DNA of 64,000 nucleotides. Origin: an uncultured Actinomycetota bacterium (GTDB lineage: Bacteria > Actinomycetota > Actinomycetes > Propionibacteriales > Nocardioidaceae). The notes under the pieces are model-generated. The model had not been told where the DNA came from, made no database searches, and saw nothing but the letters and a program-made list of their open reading frames with translations. The stretch covers positions 88,691 through 152,690 of the forward strand of contig CAWGWW010000011.1 of assembly GCA_963826415.1 (NCBI GenBank), written 5' to 3'. Of this stretch, positions 9,771 to 19,483 are shown one piece after another. The position numbers and the translations under genes were made by a program. Each line of letters opens with the position of its first letter. The first letter of the stretch is position 1.

Positions 9771-12268
9771 TCAGACCTTGATCCGAGCCGAGGTCGGGTC
9801 GTACATCGGACGCAGCGACACCGCGACCGGGTACCGGGTGCCGGCGATGTCGACATCCCAGCTTCCGGCCTTGATCCAGTCGGGGGTGACCGGCTCGCCA
9901 CCGCCGGAGACCATGGCGAGACCGACCGCCCCGCCGAGCGTCCAGCCGTAGGACGCCGCCCGGACGTAGCCGACCGCCGCACCGTCGCGGTGGAGGACCT
10001 CCGCGTGGAACAGCAGGGGGTCGGGATCCAGGACCCGGATCTGCACGATCCGCTGAGCTCATCCCGCCCGCCGCGGCGTTCGCGAGCTTGCGGGCCACCA
10101 CCGCGTCGCGTCCGACGAAGCCGCCCGGCTTGTCGAGGGCGAGCGCGAAGCCGAGCCCGGCCTCGAGCGGGCAGTCGGTGTTGTCGATGTCGTGGCCGAA
10201 GTCGCGGTAGCCCTTCTCCATCCGGAGCGAGGCCAGCGCCTTGAGCCCGACCGGCCGCAGCCCGTGCGCCGACCCGGTGGCCAGCAGGGCGTCGTACACG
10301 CGCAGGGTGTCGGCCGCGGGGACGTAGAGCTCGTAGCCGAGCTCGCCGAGGTAGGTGATCCGCACGCACAGCACCTCCACCCCGGCGAGCTCGATCCAGC
10401 GCGCGGTGCGGAAGCCGAAGACGTCCGTCGAGAGGTCGGCGTCGGTCAGCTCGCCGAGCACGTCGCGCGACAGAGGTCCCTGGACGTTGAGCTGGCCGTA
10501 GTCGGCGGTGACGTCGGTCATGGTGCAGTCGGCATCCGCGGTGTGGCGGGCCAGCCAGGCCACGGTGTGGCCGTGCGCGGTGTCGGAGGCGACCACGAGG
10601 AAGTCGTCCTCGCCCAGCCTGGTGACCGTCAGGTCGCCCTCGATCCGGCCGTCCTCGTCGAGCCACTGGGTGTAGGTGATCGTCTCGACCTGCCTCGGTC
10701 ACGGCTCCGGCGGAGACCCGGTCGAGCATCTCGGCGGCGTCCGGGCCCTGCACCCGGAACTTCGCCATGAAGCTCATGTCCATCAGGCCGACGCCCTCGC
10801 GGACGGTCCGGTGCTCGGCCTCCCACTGCTCGAACCAGGGCGCCCGGCCCCAGGTGGGCTCGGCGGTCGGGCTGACGCCGGGTCCGGCGAACCAGTCGGC
10901 GCCCTCCCAGCCCGACACCTCGCGGAGGTAGCCGCCGTGCTCGACCAGCCGGTCGTGGACGGGGGAGAGCAGGGTGTTGCGGGCCGTGCGCAGCTGCTTG
11001 CCGGGGGTGTGCGCGGCGTACACCGTGCCGAGGATCTCGGTGGTGCGCGCGGCCCGGTAGGAGTCGTCGGCCTGCCACGGGCGGAACCGGTCGACGTTGA
11101 AGCCGGTGACGTCGACGTCCGGCCGACCGGTCGTGATCCAGTGCGCGAGCACCCGCCCGAGGCCGCCGGCGGAGAGGATGCCGACCGAGTTCATGCCTGC
11201 CGCGACGAAGTAGTTGCGGATGCCCGGGGCCTCTCCGACCGCGGGGGCCAGGTCGGGCGTGAACGACTCCGGCCCGCAGAAGAACGTGCGGACGCCCACC
11301 TCGAGGGTGACCGGGACGCGGGCCATGGCCTTCTCCAGGAACGGGCTCATCCGGTCCCAGTCGGGTGGGATCTTGCCGAAGGAGAAGTCGCGCGGGATGC
11401 CCGACACCTTCCACGGCGCCGCCTGCGGCTCGAACAGGCCGACCATCATCCCGCCCCCTTCCTCGCGGAAGTAGCCGTACGAGGCGGGGTCCTCGAACAC
11501 CGGCGCGTCGGGACCGAGTCCGTCGATCGTGTCGGTGATCAGGTAGTAGTGCTCGGCCGCCTGGTTGGGGATGACCAGGCCGTTCCTCGCCCCGAGCTCG
11601 CGGGCCCACATGCCGGCGCAGTTGACGACGTACTCGGCCTCGATGTCGGTGGTCTCGCCCGGTGCGCCCGTGGAGACCCGGACCCCGCTCACGCCTGCGC
11701 GGTCGGTGAGCACGTCCTCGACCGAGACGCCCTCGATGATCCGCACCCCCAGCTGCCGGGCGCCCTTGGCCAGGGCGGTGGTGACGTCGACGGGGTTGAC
11801 CCGGCCGTCGCCGGGGACGTGGAAGCCGGCGAGCAGGTCGTCGGTCTTCGCCCAGGGGAACAGGTCTGCCATCTCCCGCGGCGAGATCTCCTCGACCTCG
11901 AGCCCGAGGTGCCGCTGGAACGCGGCGACCCGGCGGTACTCCTCCAGGCGATCCGTGTCGGCGGCCGCCTCGATGAGGCCGACCGGCTTGAACCCGGTGG
12001 CCTGCCCGGTCTCCTGCTCGAGTCGCGCGTACAGGTCGCGCGAGTACAGCCGGATCGAGGTCGAGGTCTCCGACGTCGACCCGAAGCAGGTCATCAGGCC
12101 TGCGGCGTGCCACGTGGTGCCGCTGGTGAGGCGGTCGCGCTCGAGCAGGACCACGTCGGTCCAGCCGGCGTGGGCGAGGTGGTAGGCGACGGAGCAGCCG
12201 ATCACACCTCCGCCGATCACGACGACGCGGGCACGGTCGGGGAGCTGTGTCCCGGCTGAGGCGGTCAT
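9771..12268 (-). CDS. GcvT-family FAD-dependent oxidoreductase (dimethylglycine/sarcosine dehydrogenase-like); two frameshifts near 10695 and 10056
   Basis: GGGVIG, TSGTTWHAAGL, GPESFTPD, ITYLGELGYEL and LRMEKGY spread over three frames. Confidence 0.85.
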
Positions 12269-12293
12269 CGCCCAAACCTAGTGGCCACGGACT

Positions 12294-12458
12294 GCCGACC
12301 CGGCGTGAAGTGCCCTCACCAGGTGGCCGACCCGGCGTGAAGTGCCCTCACCAGGTGGCCGACCCGGCGTGAAGTGCCCTCACCTGGTGGCCGACCCGGC
12401 GTGAAGTGCCCCCAGCATGGTGGCCGAGTCGGCGTGAAGTGCCTTCATCCGGGCGGCC
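12294..12458. repeat. Tandem array of about five 32-bp units
   Basis: GCCGACCCGGCGTGAAGTGCCCTCACCAGGTG at 12294, 12326, 12358, 12390, degenerate at 12423. Confidence 0.92.
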
Positions 12459-12541
12459 ACGCGAGCTCGACCGGGGCCGGAGTTGGTCCACGCCGGGGCG
12501 TCCTGGGAGTCGCTTCCACAGGCCTGTCTGGCAGCGGAAAG

Positions 12542-12563
12542 TGTCGGTGGTGACGGCTTGAAT
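12542..12563 (+). promoter_or_regulatory. PafBC/RecA-NDp-like DNA-damage promoter
   Basis: TGTCGG-N10-TTGAAT, one mismatch to TGTCGG-N10-TA-N3-T, 6 nt before ATG 12570. Confidence 0.55.
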
Positions 12564-12569
12564 GGACCC

Positions 12570-13953
12570 ATGACCGAGACCATCCGCGAGACCAGCACTG
12601 AGGCAGATTCTGCTGCTGCGGTGCTCGGCTGCGTGCGCGGTCTGACGTGCGGTCGCGGACGCCGAGGAGGCCCGGCTGCTGCAGCCGCGGTGTCCTGGGT
12701 GGGCATGCACTCGGTCGACTCGATCGACCAGGCCGCCACCGTGTGGGACCGGACCTACGGCGACACCGGGATCACCGTCGCCGGTCCGGGTGCGCCGTTG
12801 GTGGCGGAGTTCTCGTGTCGCGGAGTTCGCGGCCGCCGTCGGTCTGGCGACCGAGGCCGGCAAGGCCTACCTCGGCGAGGCCGTCGAGCTGCGCTACCGA
12901 CTCCCGAAGGTGTGGGCCCGGGTCACGGCCGGGGACCTGGTGGCGTGGAAGGCACGGCGGATCGCCCGGGCCACGATCCTGCTCTCACCCGAGGCAGCCG
13001 GGTTCGTGGACCGCCACGTCGCCCCGGTCGCGCACCGGGTCCGCCTGGCCCAGCTCGACCGGTTGGTCGAGGAGGCGATCGCCCGGTTCATGCCCGAGGA
13101 GACCGAACGCCGCCGCAAGGCCGCCGCCGACGGCCGGTCCTTCACCATCCGGACCTCCCAGACCACCCTGCAGGGCACCGCGGACGTGTGGGGCACCCTC
13201 GACGTGGCCGACGCACTCGACCTCGACGCCGCCGTATCGGCCGGCGCCCAGACGCCTCAAGGCACTCGGCTCCACCGAGTCGCTGGACGTACGCCGGGCG
13301 CAGGCGGTCGGCGCCCTGGCCCGACGACAGCTCTCCCTCGACCTCAACACCGACCCCGACGACACCGTCGACTCCCATGACGACCGCGAGCAGGGCAACG
13401 CGAAGCCGCGCAAGCCGCGGCAACCACGGCAGGTCGTGCTCTACGTCCACCTCGCCGAAGCAGCCATCCGCGGAGAGTCAGGTGGGTTCGGCCGGTGCGA
13501 GAACACCCGGACCCCGGTCACCGCCGAGCAGATCCGCGAGTGGTGCGCCAACCCGGACGCCCAGGTGGTGGTGAAGCCGGTGATCGACCTGGACGAGCAC
13601 CACCACGTGGAGGCCTACGAGGTCCCCGACCGGATCACCGAGCAGTCGATGCTGATCAACCACACCTGTGTCTTCCCCTGGTGCACCCGATCAGCCAGAG
13701 CCTGCGACAGCGACCACATCGAGCCCCACGACACTGGCGGACCCACCTGCAGCGACAACATCGCGCCGTTGTGTCGCAAGCACCACCGGTTGAAGACCCA
13801 CGGCGGGTGGACCTACACCCGCATCGAGGCCGGCACCTTCCTGTGGACCAGCCCGCACGGCTACACCTACCTCCGCGACCGGACCGGCACCCTCGACGTC
13901 AGCCGCGACCGACCGCCGGGCACCCGACCACGCCACCCGATCGAAGAGCCTGA
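12570..13953 (+). pseudogene. DUF222 (13E12-type) HNH endonuclease with several frameshifts; 3' end uncertain
   Basis: AEFAAAVG..LRYRLP..WKARRIA N-terminal domain; CVFPWC..CDSDH..NIAPLCRKHHRLKT..WTSPHG HNH domain; shifts near 12645, 12685, 12815, 13250. Confidence 0.8.
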
Positions 13954-13962
13954 CCGCCCCAC

Positions 13963-13989
13963 CCCCGCTGACCTGACCGATCAGCGGGG
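13963..13989. terminator. GC hairpin after the HNH gene
   Basis: CCCCGCTGA-N9-TCAGCGGGG perfect 9-bp stem, no U-tract. Confidence 0.4.
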
Positions 13990-14052
13990 CATCGGCCTGC
14001 GTTCGGGACGAGTCCAGGGGCGGCGATGCAGGCGTCCCGCCGTTCACCGATC

Positions 14053-14448
14053 ATGAACGTCATGGAGGACCAGCAGACGCCGCAGCCGGGCGAGGGTGAG
14101 GCGAAGGTCATCACGCTCTGCGGCTCGACCAGGTTCGAGGCCGAGTTCGCGGAGGTCAACCAGCGGCTCACGATGGAAGGCTGCGTGGTGATCAGCCTCG
14201 GCATGTTCAGCCTCCCCGATCTGCCCGACTACGACTGGACAGCCGACAGTGCGGACCTGAAGGGGCGGCTCGGTGCCGTGCACTTCCACAAGATCCGCAT
14301 GGCTGACCAGGTGTACGTCGTGGATCCGGGAGGCTACGTCGGTGAGTCGACCCGACGGGAGATCGCCTATGCAGAGTCGCTCGGCAAGCCGGTTCGGTAT
14401 CTGAGTCGCGAGCGCTCGGGTTGCGCAGGAGACGGCTCCCGAGAATGA
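14053..14448 (+). CDS. Hypothetical protein, nucleoside deoxyribosyltransferase/DUF4406-like fold
   Basis: KVITLCGSTRF...KIRMADQVYVVDPGGYVGESTRREIAYA. Confidence 0.6.
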   Translation: MNVMEDQQTPQPGEGEAKVITLCGSTRFEAEFAEVNQRLTMEGCVVISLGMFSLPDLPDYDWTADSADLKGRLGAVHFHKIRMADQVYVVDPGGYVGESTRREIAYAESLGKPVRYLSRERSGCAGDGSRE

Positions 14449-14484
14449 GTCCGACCGGGCGGTCCGCTCACCGGGTCCGCCCCG

Positions 14485-15135
14485 TCAGAAGACGTTCAAC
14501 GGCCGGAACTGCACCGAGACCCGGGGCCCGGCGTGCGCCATCTTCGGCACCGCGTGCTCCCAGGTGCGCTGGCAGGAGCCACCCATCACCACCAGGTCGC
14601 CGTGCGCGAGCTCGAGGCTGACCGAGCCACCGCTCGGGCCCGCCGCGACACCGGCGCGCGGCCGCAGCGACAGCCGGCGCACGTCGCCGAAGGAGAGGAT
14701 CGCGACCAGCGTGTCCTGGCGCCGCCCGCGACCGATGGTGTCGCCGTGCCAGGCGACGCTGTCCCGGCCGTCGCGGTAGTAGCAGCACCCCGCGCTCACG
14801 AACGGCTCGCCCAGCTCGGGCAGATAGTGCGCCGACAGGTCCGTGCGCGCCTGCTCCAGGACCGGGTGCGGCAGGCGCTCACCCGGGCCGTAGGTGTGCA
14901 CCAGCCGGGGCACGTCGACCACGCGGTCGTACATCTGCCGGCGTTCGGCCCGCCACGGCACGTCGCTGACCAGCGCCGCCAGCACGTCGTCGGGGGCGGG
15001 GACCCAGGCGCGGTGCACGTCCACCCAGGCGCCGGCCGAGAGCTCGATCCGCTCCAGCCCGGTGAACCCCCGCCCGGTGAACCCCCGCCCGGCCCGGTCG
15101 GTCGTAGCCTCGAAGAGTGAGCCCTGGAAGTCCAC
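14485..15135 (-). CDS. alkB: AlkB-family 2OG-Fe(II) dioxygenase
   Basis: YRDGRDSVAWHGD, WEHAVPK, RVSVQFR. Confidence 0.88.
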   Translation of the reverse strand: MDFQGSLFEATTDRAGRGFTGRGFTGLERIELSAGAWVDVHRAWVPAPDDVLAALVSDVPWRAERRQMYDRVVDVPRLVHTYGPGERLPHPVLEQARTDLSAHYLPELGEPFVSAGCCYYRDGRDSVAWHGDTIGRGRRQDTLVAILSFGDVRRLSLRPRAGVAAGPSGGSVSLELAHGDLVVMGGSCQRTWEHAVPKMAHAGPRVSVQFRPLNVF

Positions 15136-15155
15136 GTCGCGATGCTAGCAGTAGA

Positions 15156-15171
15156 TCGAACAGATGTTCGA
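15156..15171. promoter_or_regulatory. LexA (SOS) box
   Basis: Perfect actinobacterial TCGAAC-AGAT-GTTCGA, just upstream of the alkB -10 (TAGCAT on minus, 15142-15147). Confidence 0.85.
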
Positions 15172-15190
15172 GAGGTTCGGAGGTGGTGTC

Positions 15191-15571
15191 ATGACCAGCA
15201 GGTTCACCGACGTGGCGGTCGACTGCGCCGATCCCGTCACGCTCGCCCGGTTCTGGTGCGCGGTCCTGGACTACGAGGTCCAGGACGAAGCCGACGGACT
15301 CGTCACGATCGGCGCTCCGGGGTCGTCCGGAGCTGCGAGCCACGTGTCGCCGGCGCCGCCGACGTTGACGTTTGCGCACGTGCCTGAGGCCAAGACCGTG
15401 AAGAATCGGCTCCACCTCGACCTGACCCCGACCGACCGGGCGCAGGCCGACGAGGTCCGGCGCCTGCTCGACCTCGGTGCTCGGCCCGTGGACGTCGGTC
15501 AGGGCGCGGCGAGCTGGGTCGTCCTCGCCGACCCGGAGGGCAACGAGTTCTGCGTGCTCGCGGGGCGCTGA
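15191..15571 (+). CDS. VOC/glyoxalase-like protein
   Basis: LARFWCAVL, KNRLHLDL, LADPEGNEFC. Confidence 0.88.
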   Translation: MTSRFTDVAVDCADPVTLARFWCAVLDYEVQDEADGLVTIGAPGSSGAASHVSPAPPTLTFAHVPEAKTVKNRLHLDLTPTDRAQADEVRRLLDLGARPVDVGQGAASWVVLADPEGNEFCVLAGR

Positions 15572-15611
15572 GCCGAGGCCACGCCCACCGCGTCCCACCT
15601 AGGGTGGGTGC

Positions 15612-16385
15612 ATGACCGAGACCGTCGGCGCCGCCACTGCCGCTCCGGCGGCCCAGGTGCGCAACCTGACCAAGACCTACGGCACCGGGCAGGCGCTGGT
15701 GCGTGCCCTCGACGACATCTCGCTGGATCTGGCCGAGGGGGAGTTCACCGCGGTCATGGGGCCGAGCGGCTCGGGCAAGTCGACGCTGATGCACTGCTGC
15801 GCCGCCCTGGACACCGGGGACTCCGGCTCCGTGATGATCGGCGAGCAGGAGCTCACCACGATGAAGGACAAGGCGCTGACCCGGCTGCGCCGAGACGAGA
15901 TCGGCTTCGTCTTCCAGTCGTTCAACCTGGTGCCGACGCTGACCGCCGAGGAGAACCTGCTGCTCCCGCTGGCGATCGCGGGCCGCAAGCCCGACCGCGA
16001 GTGGTACGACTCCGTGGTCGCCACGGTCGGGCTCGGCGACCGGTTGCACCACAAGCCCAACGAGCTCTCCGGCGGCCAGCAGCAGCGGGTCGCGGTCGCC
16101 CGGGCACTGGTCAGCCGGCCGCGCATCGTCTTCGCCGACGAGCCCACCGGCAACCTCGACTCCAAGTCGGGGGCCGAGGTCCTCGAGCTGCTGCGCCGCA
16201 GTGTGCGTGAGCACGGCCAGACCATCGTGATGGTGACCCACGACCCGGTGGCGGCGGCGTACACGGACCGGGTGATCTTCCTCGCCGACGGCCGGGTGGT
16301 CGACGAGCTCCGGGACCCCGACCGCGACAAGGTGCTCGCCACGATGGCCCGCCTGGCCGCGCCCAGCGCGCCGAGCGAGGCGTGA
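15612..16385 (+). CDS. ABC transporter ATP-binding protein (LolD/MacB-like)
   Basis: GPSGSGKS, LSGGQQQR, ADEPTGNLD. Confidence 0.93.
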   Translation: MTETVGAATAAPAAQVRNLTKTYGTGQALVRALDDISLDLAEGEFTAVMGPSGSGKSTLMHCCAALDTGDSGSVMIGEQELTTMKDKALTRLRRDEIGFVFQSFNLVPTLTAEENLLLPLAIAGRKPDREWYDSVVATVGLGDRLHHKPNELSGGQQQRVAVARALVSRPRIVFADEPTGNLDSKSGAEVLELLRRSVREHGQTIVMVTHDPVAAAYTDRVIFLADGRVVDELRDPDRDKVLATMARLAAPSAPSEA

Positions 16386-16389
16386 CCTC

Positions 16390-18927
16390 GTGATCCGGGC
16401 GGCGCTCAAGAGCCTGCTGGGGCGCAAGCTGCGCCTGATCATGAGCACCTTCGCGATCGTCCTCGGGGTCGCCTTCGTGGTGGGCTCGCTGATCTTCTCC
16501 GACACGCTGAGCCGCAGCTTCACCGCGCTCTTCGCCTCGACGGTGGGGGACGTCGTGGTCCGGCCGGTGGGCGGGACCACCCTGGACGGCGCGCCCTCCA
16601 CGCAGACCGTCGCTGCACCCCTCCTCGACGAGCTGCGCCGCCTGCCCGGTGCCGCCCGGGTCGACGGCAACGTCGGCGCCTTCGGCGTCTTCGTGGTCAG
16701 CAAGGACGACAAGGTGATCGGCGGGTTCGGTCCGCCGGCGATCGGGGCCAACTGGAACGACGCCCCGGCCGGGAACGGCCTCGAGGGGCTCTCGATCACC
16801 GAGGGTCGGGTCCCCGAGGGCGCCTCCGAGGTCGTCCTCGACGCCGAGACCGCGGCAAGCTCGGGGTACGCCGTCGGCGAGCAGATCCGGGTGGTCACCT
16901 CGACCGACCAGGCCCTGCTCACCCCCACCCTGGTCGGGATCGCGGACTTCCAGGCAGGCGGCTCCCTGAACGGCGCCTCGCTCACCCTCTTCGACACCCC
17001 GACCGCGCAGCAGCTGTTCCTCGACGGTGAGGATGCCTACACCGACGTGTGGGTGACCGCCCGCGACGGCGTGTCCCAGAGCGAGCTGCGCGACCAGGTG
17101 GCCGAGCTGCTGCCCACCGGGATCGAGGCGGTCACCGGCGACGTGGCGGCCGACGAGTCGGCCAGCGAGCTGGTCCAGGCGATCTCGTTCCTGACCACCT
17201 TCCTGCTGATCTTCGCCGGCATCGCGCTGGTCGTCGGCGGCTTCCTGATCGTCAACACGTTCTCGATCCTGGTGGCCCAGCGCAGCCGGGAGCTCGCCCT
17301 GCTCCGGGCGCTCGGCGCGTCCCGGCGCCAGGTCACCTGGTCGGTGCTGCTCGAGGCGTTCGTCCTCGGCGTCCTCGGGTCGACGCTCGGACTGCTGCTG
17401 GGTGTGGTGCTGGCGATGGCGATCCGCGCCCTCTTCGCCAACTTCGGGCTCGACCTGTCCGGGCAGTCGCTGGTCTTCGCTCCGCGCACCGTGCTGGCGG
17501 CGTACGCCGTCGGGGTCGTCGTCACGATGACCGCAGCCTGGCTGCCGGCGCGGCGCACCAACCGGATCGCCCCGGTCCAGGCGCTCCGCGACGACGTGGC
17601 CCTGCCGGAGACGTCGCTGCACCGTCGGCTGGTGCTGGGGCTCGGACTGATCGTCGCCGGCCTCGCCGCGCTCTACCTCGGACTCTTCACCGGCGTCCCC
17701 CGCGGCGGGTGGTTGATCGGCGGCGGCGTCCTGGCGGTCCTGCTGGGGGTCTCGTCGGCCAGCCCGGTGATCAGCCGTCCGTTCCTGGCCGCTGCCCGGA
17801 GCGTCTACGCGCGCGTCTTCGGCACGGTCGGCAACCTGGCCGGCCAGAACTCCCTGCGCAACCCGCGCCGGACGACCGCGACCGCCTCTGCCCTGATGAT
17901 CGGGCTGACCCTCGCCTGCACGATGGCAATCGTGGGGGACTCGGCCAAGGCCAGCATCGACAAGTCGGTCGAGGAGAACTTCATCGGCGACTTCGTGGTC
18001 AGCAACGTCTTCGGCGGACCGTTCTCGCCGGCGATCGCCGACCGGATGGCCGAGGTCGACGGGGTGCAGCGGGTGATCCGGGAGCGGTTCGAGTTCATCC
18101 GTCGCGACGGGGGCCGGGAGATCGTCGGGGCGACCGACCCGGCACAGGTCGACGGCCTCAACCTCACCGTGGTCGAGGGCAGCGACGCGGACCTGGTCGA
18201 CGGCTCCGTGCTCGTCTCGAAGACCTGGGCCGACGACGAGGACCTGGCGGTGGGGGACACGGCGACCTTCGAGATGCCGACGGGCACGAAGGAGTACCCG
18301 ATCGTCGGGACCTACGAGGACAACCCGCTCGTCTTCTTCCCGGTCCTGACCACGCTCGGCACCCTCGCCGACGCCGGTTTCGCCGAGCAGGACAAGGCCC
18401 TGGTGATCATGGCCGACTCCGGTGCGGCCGACCTGCAGGAGCGTCTGGAGCAGGTGGTGGCCGATCTGCCGGTCGTGACGGTCAAGAACGAGGCGGAGTT
18501 CGCGGCGGAGCAGCGCGGCCCCATCGACCAGTTCGTGCTGATGATCTTCGCGCTGCTCGGCCTCGCCCTCGTCATCGCGGTGCTCGGCATCGTCAACACG
18601 CTGGCCCTCTCGGTCATCGAGCGGACCCGCGAGATCGGTCTGCTCCGCGCCATCGGGGTGAGCCGGGTCCAGCTGCGCCGGATGATCACGCTCGAGTCGG
18701 TGGTCATCTCGGTGCTCGGGGCGATCCTCGGGGTGGTCCTCGGGATCGGCTTCGGGGTGGCGCTCATGTACGCCCTGCGGGACGAAGGGCTCGAGGTGAT
18801 CAGCGTGCCCACCGACCAGCTCGCCGTCTTCCTCGTGCTGTCGCTGGTGATCGGCGTGCTGGCCGCCGTCTTCCCCGCCCGCCGCGCCGCTCGGCTCGAC
18901 GTACTCCGGGCGATCGCCACGGAGTGA
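16390..18927 (+). CDS. FtsX-like ABC permease
   Basis: Duplicated RELALLRALGA / REIGLLRAIG motifs; many TM segments. Confidence 0.9.
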   Translation: MIRAALKSLLGRKLRLIMSTFAIVLGVAFVVGSLIFSDTLSRSFTALFASTVGDVVVRPVGGTTLDGAPSTQTVAAPLLDELRRLPGAARVDGNVGAFGVFVVSKDDKVIGGFGPPAIGANWNDAPAGNGLEGLSITEGRVPEGASEVVLDAETAASSGYAVGEQIRVVTSTDQALLTPTLVGIADFQAGGSLNGASLTLFDTPTAQQLFLDGEDAYTDVWVTARDGVSQSELRDQVAELLPTGIEAVTGDVAADESASELVQAISFLTTFLLIFAGIALVVGGFLIVNTFSILVAQRSRELALLRALGASRRQVTWSVLLEAFVLGVLGSTLGLLLGVVLAMAIRALFANFGLDLSGQSLVFAPRTVLAAYAVGVVVTMTAAWLPARRTNRIAPVQALRDDVALPETSLHRRLVLGLGLIVAGLAALYLGLFTGVPRGGWLIGGGVLAVLLGVSSASPVISRPFLAAARSVYARVFGTVGNLAGQNSLRNPRRTTATASALMIGLTLACTMAIVGDSAKASIDKSVEENFIGDFVVSNVFGGPFSPAIADRMAEVDGVQRVIRERFEFIRRDGGREIVGATDPAQVDGLNLTVVEGSDADLVDGSVLVSKTWADDEDLAVGDTATFEMPTGTKEYPIVGTYEDNPLVFFPVLTTLGTLADAGFAEQDKALVIMADSGAADLQERLEQVVADLPVVTVKNEAEFAAEQRGPIDQFVLMIFALLGLALVIAVLGIVNTLALSVIERTREIGLLRAIGVSRVQLRRMITLESVVISVLGAILGVVLGIGFGVALMYALRDEGLEVISVPTDQLAVFLVLSLVIGVLAAVFPARRAARLDVLRAIATE

Positions 18928-19037
18928 GCGCACGCGCCGGCACGTGCGGCCTGGTCGTAGCACCAAGGGACACTGGCGGCTCGCCCTCGGCCGGGATGAA
19001 CCTTGTGGGACCACAGACCCCGACCGAGGAGCTCATC

Positions 19038-19439
19038 ATGAACACCACCATCAAGAACCTCTCCGCCCTGACCGGCTCACTCGCCCTGGCGGGCGTCCTG
19101 GCCATCGCGCCGCTCACCTCCGCCCAGGCGAAGGACGGCGACGTGATCCGCACCGGCTCGTGCTCCGGCTCGGCCGACTGGAAGCTCAAGGCCAGCCCCG
19201 AGAACGGCCGGATCGAGGTCGAGGGCGAGATCGACAGCAACCAGAACGGCCAGACCTGGAAGTGGAAGATGATCCACAACGGCAGCAGGTCCGCCAAGGG
19301 GACCAAGACCACCAAGGGCCCCAGCGGGTCGTTCGAGGTGCGCCGGGTGATGGTCAACGCCAAGGGCACGGACAAGTTCGTCTTCAAGGCTCGCCACCTG
19401 GGTTCTGGCCAGACCTGCCGAGGTGTGGTCCGATTCTGA
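19038..19439 (+). CDS. Secreted basic hypothetical protein
   Basis: GAGGAG RBS, signal peptide ending AQA, two Cys (GSCSG, QTCRG). Confidence 0.7.
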   Translation: MNTTIKNLSALTGSLALAGVLAIAPLTSAQAKDGDVIRTGSCSGSADWKLKASPENGRIEVEGEIDSNQNGQTWKWKMIHNGSRSAKGTKTTKGPSGSFEVRRVMVNAKGTDKFVFKARHLGSGQTCRGVVRF

Positions 19440-19483
19440 GCAGGAAGGCGTGACCAGGCCGGACCGGCGAGGAGGCGATCGCA

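Noticed and set aside
9041-12268. 1075-aa oxidoreductase-methyltransferase fusion
   Set aside because: The middle is out-of-frame Arg-rich nonsense; the GcvT C-terminus is in other frames and the methyltransferase has its own promoter and ATG
12294-12458. CRISPR array
   Set aside because: Units are directly adjacent and nearly identical with no unique spacers; no cas genes in the window
15056-15095. Short in-frame tandem repeats (also near 37660-37720 and 46810-46850)
   Set aside because: 12-15-nt duplications encoding low-complexity N-terminal linkers; no sign of function
16111-19014. Long antisense and alternative-frame ORFs (also 47923-50946, 43330-45678, 35081-37252)
   Set aside because: Shadow ORFs expected at high GC; they overlap clear genes and have no motifs
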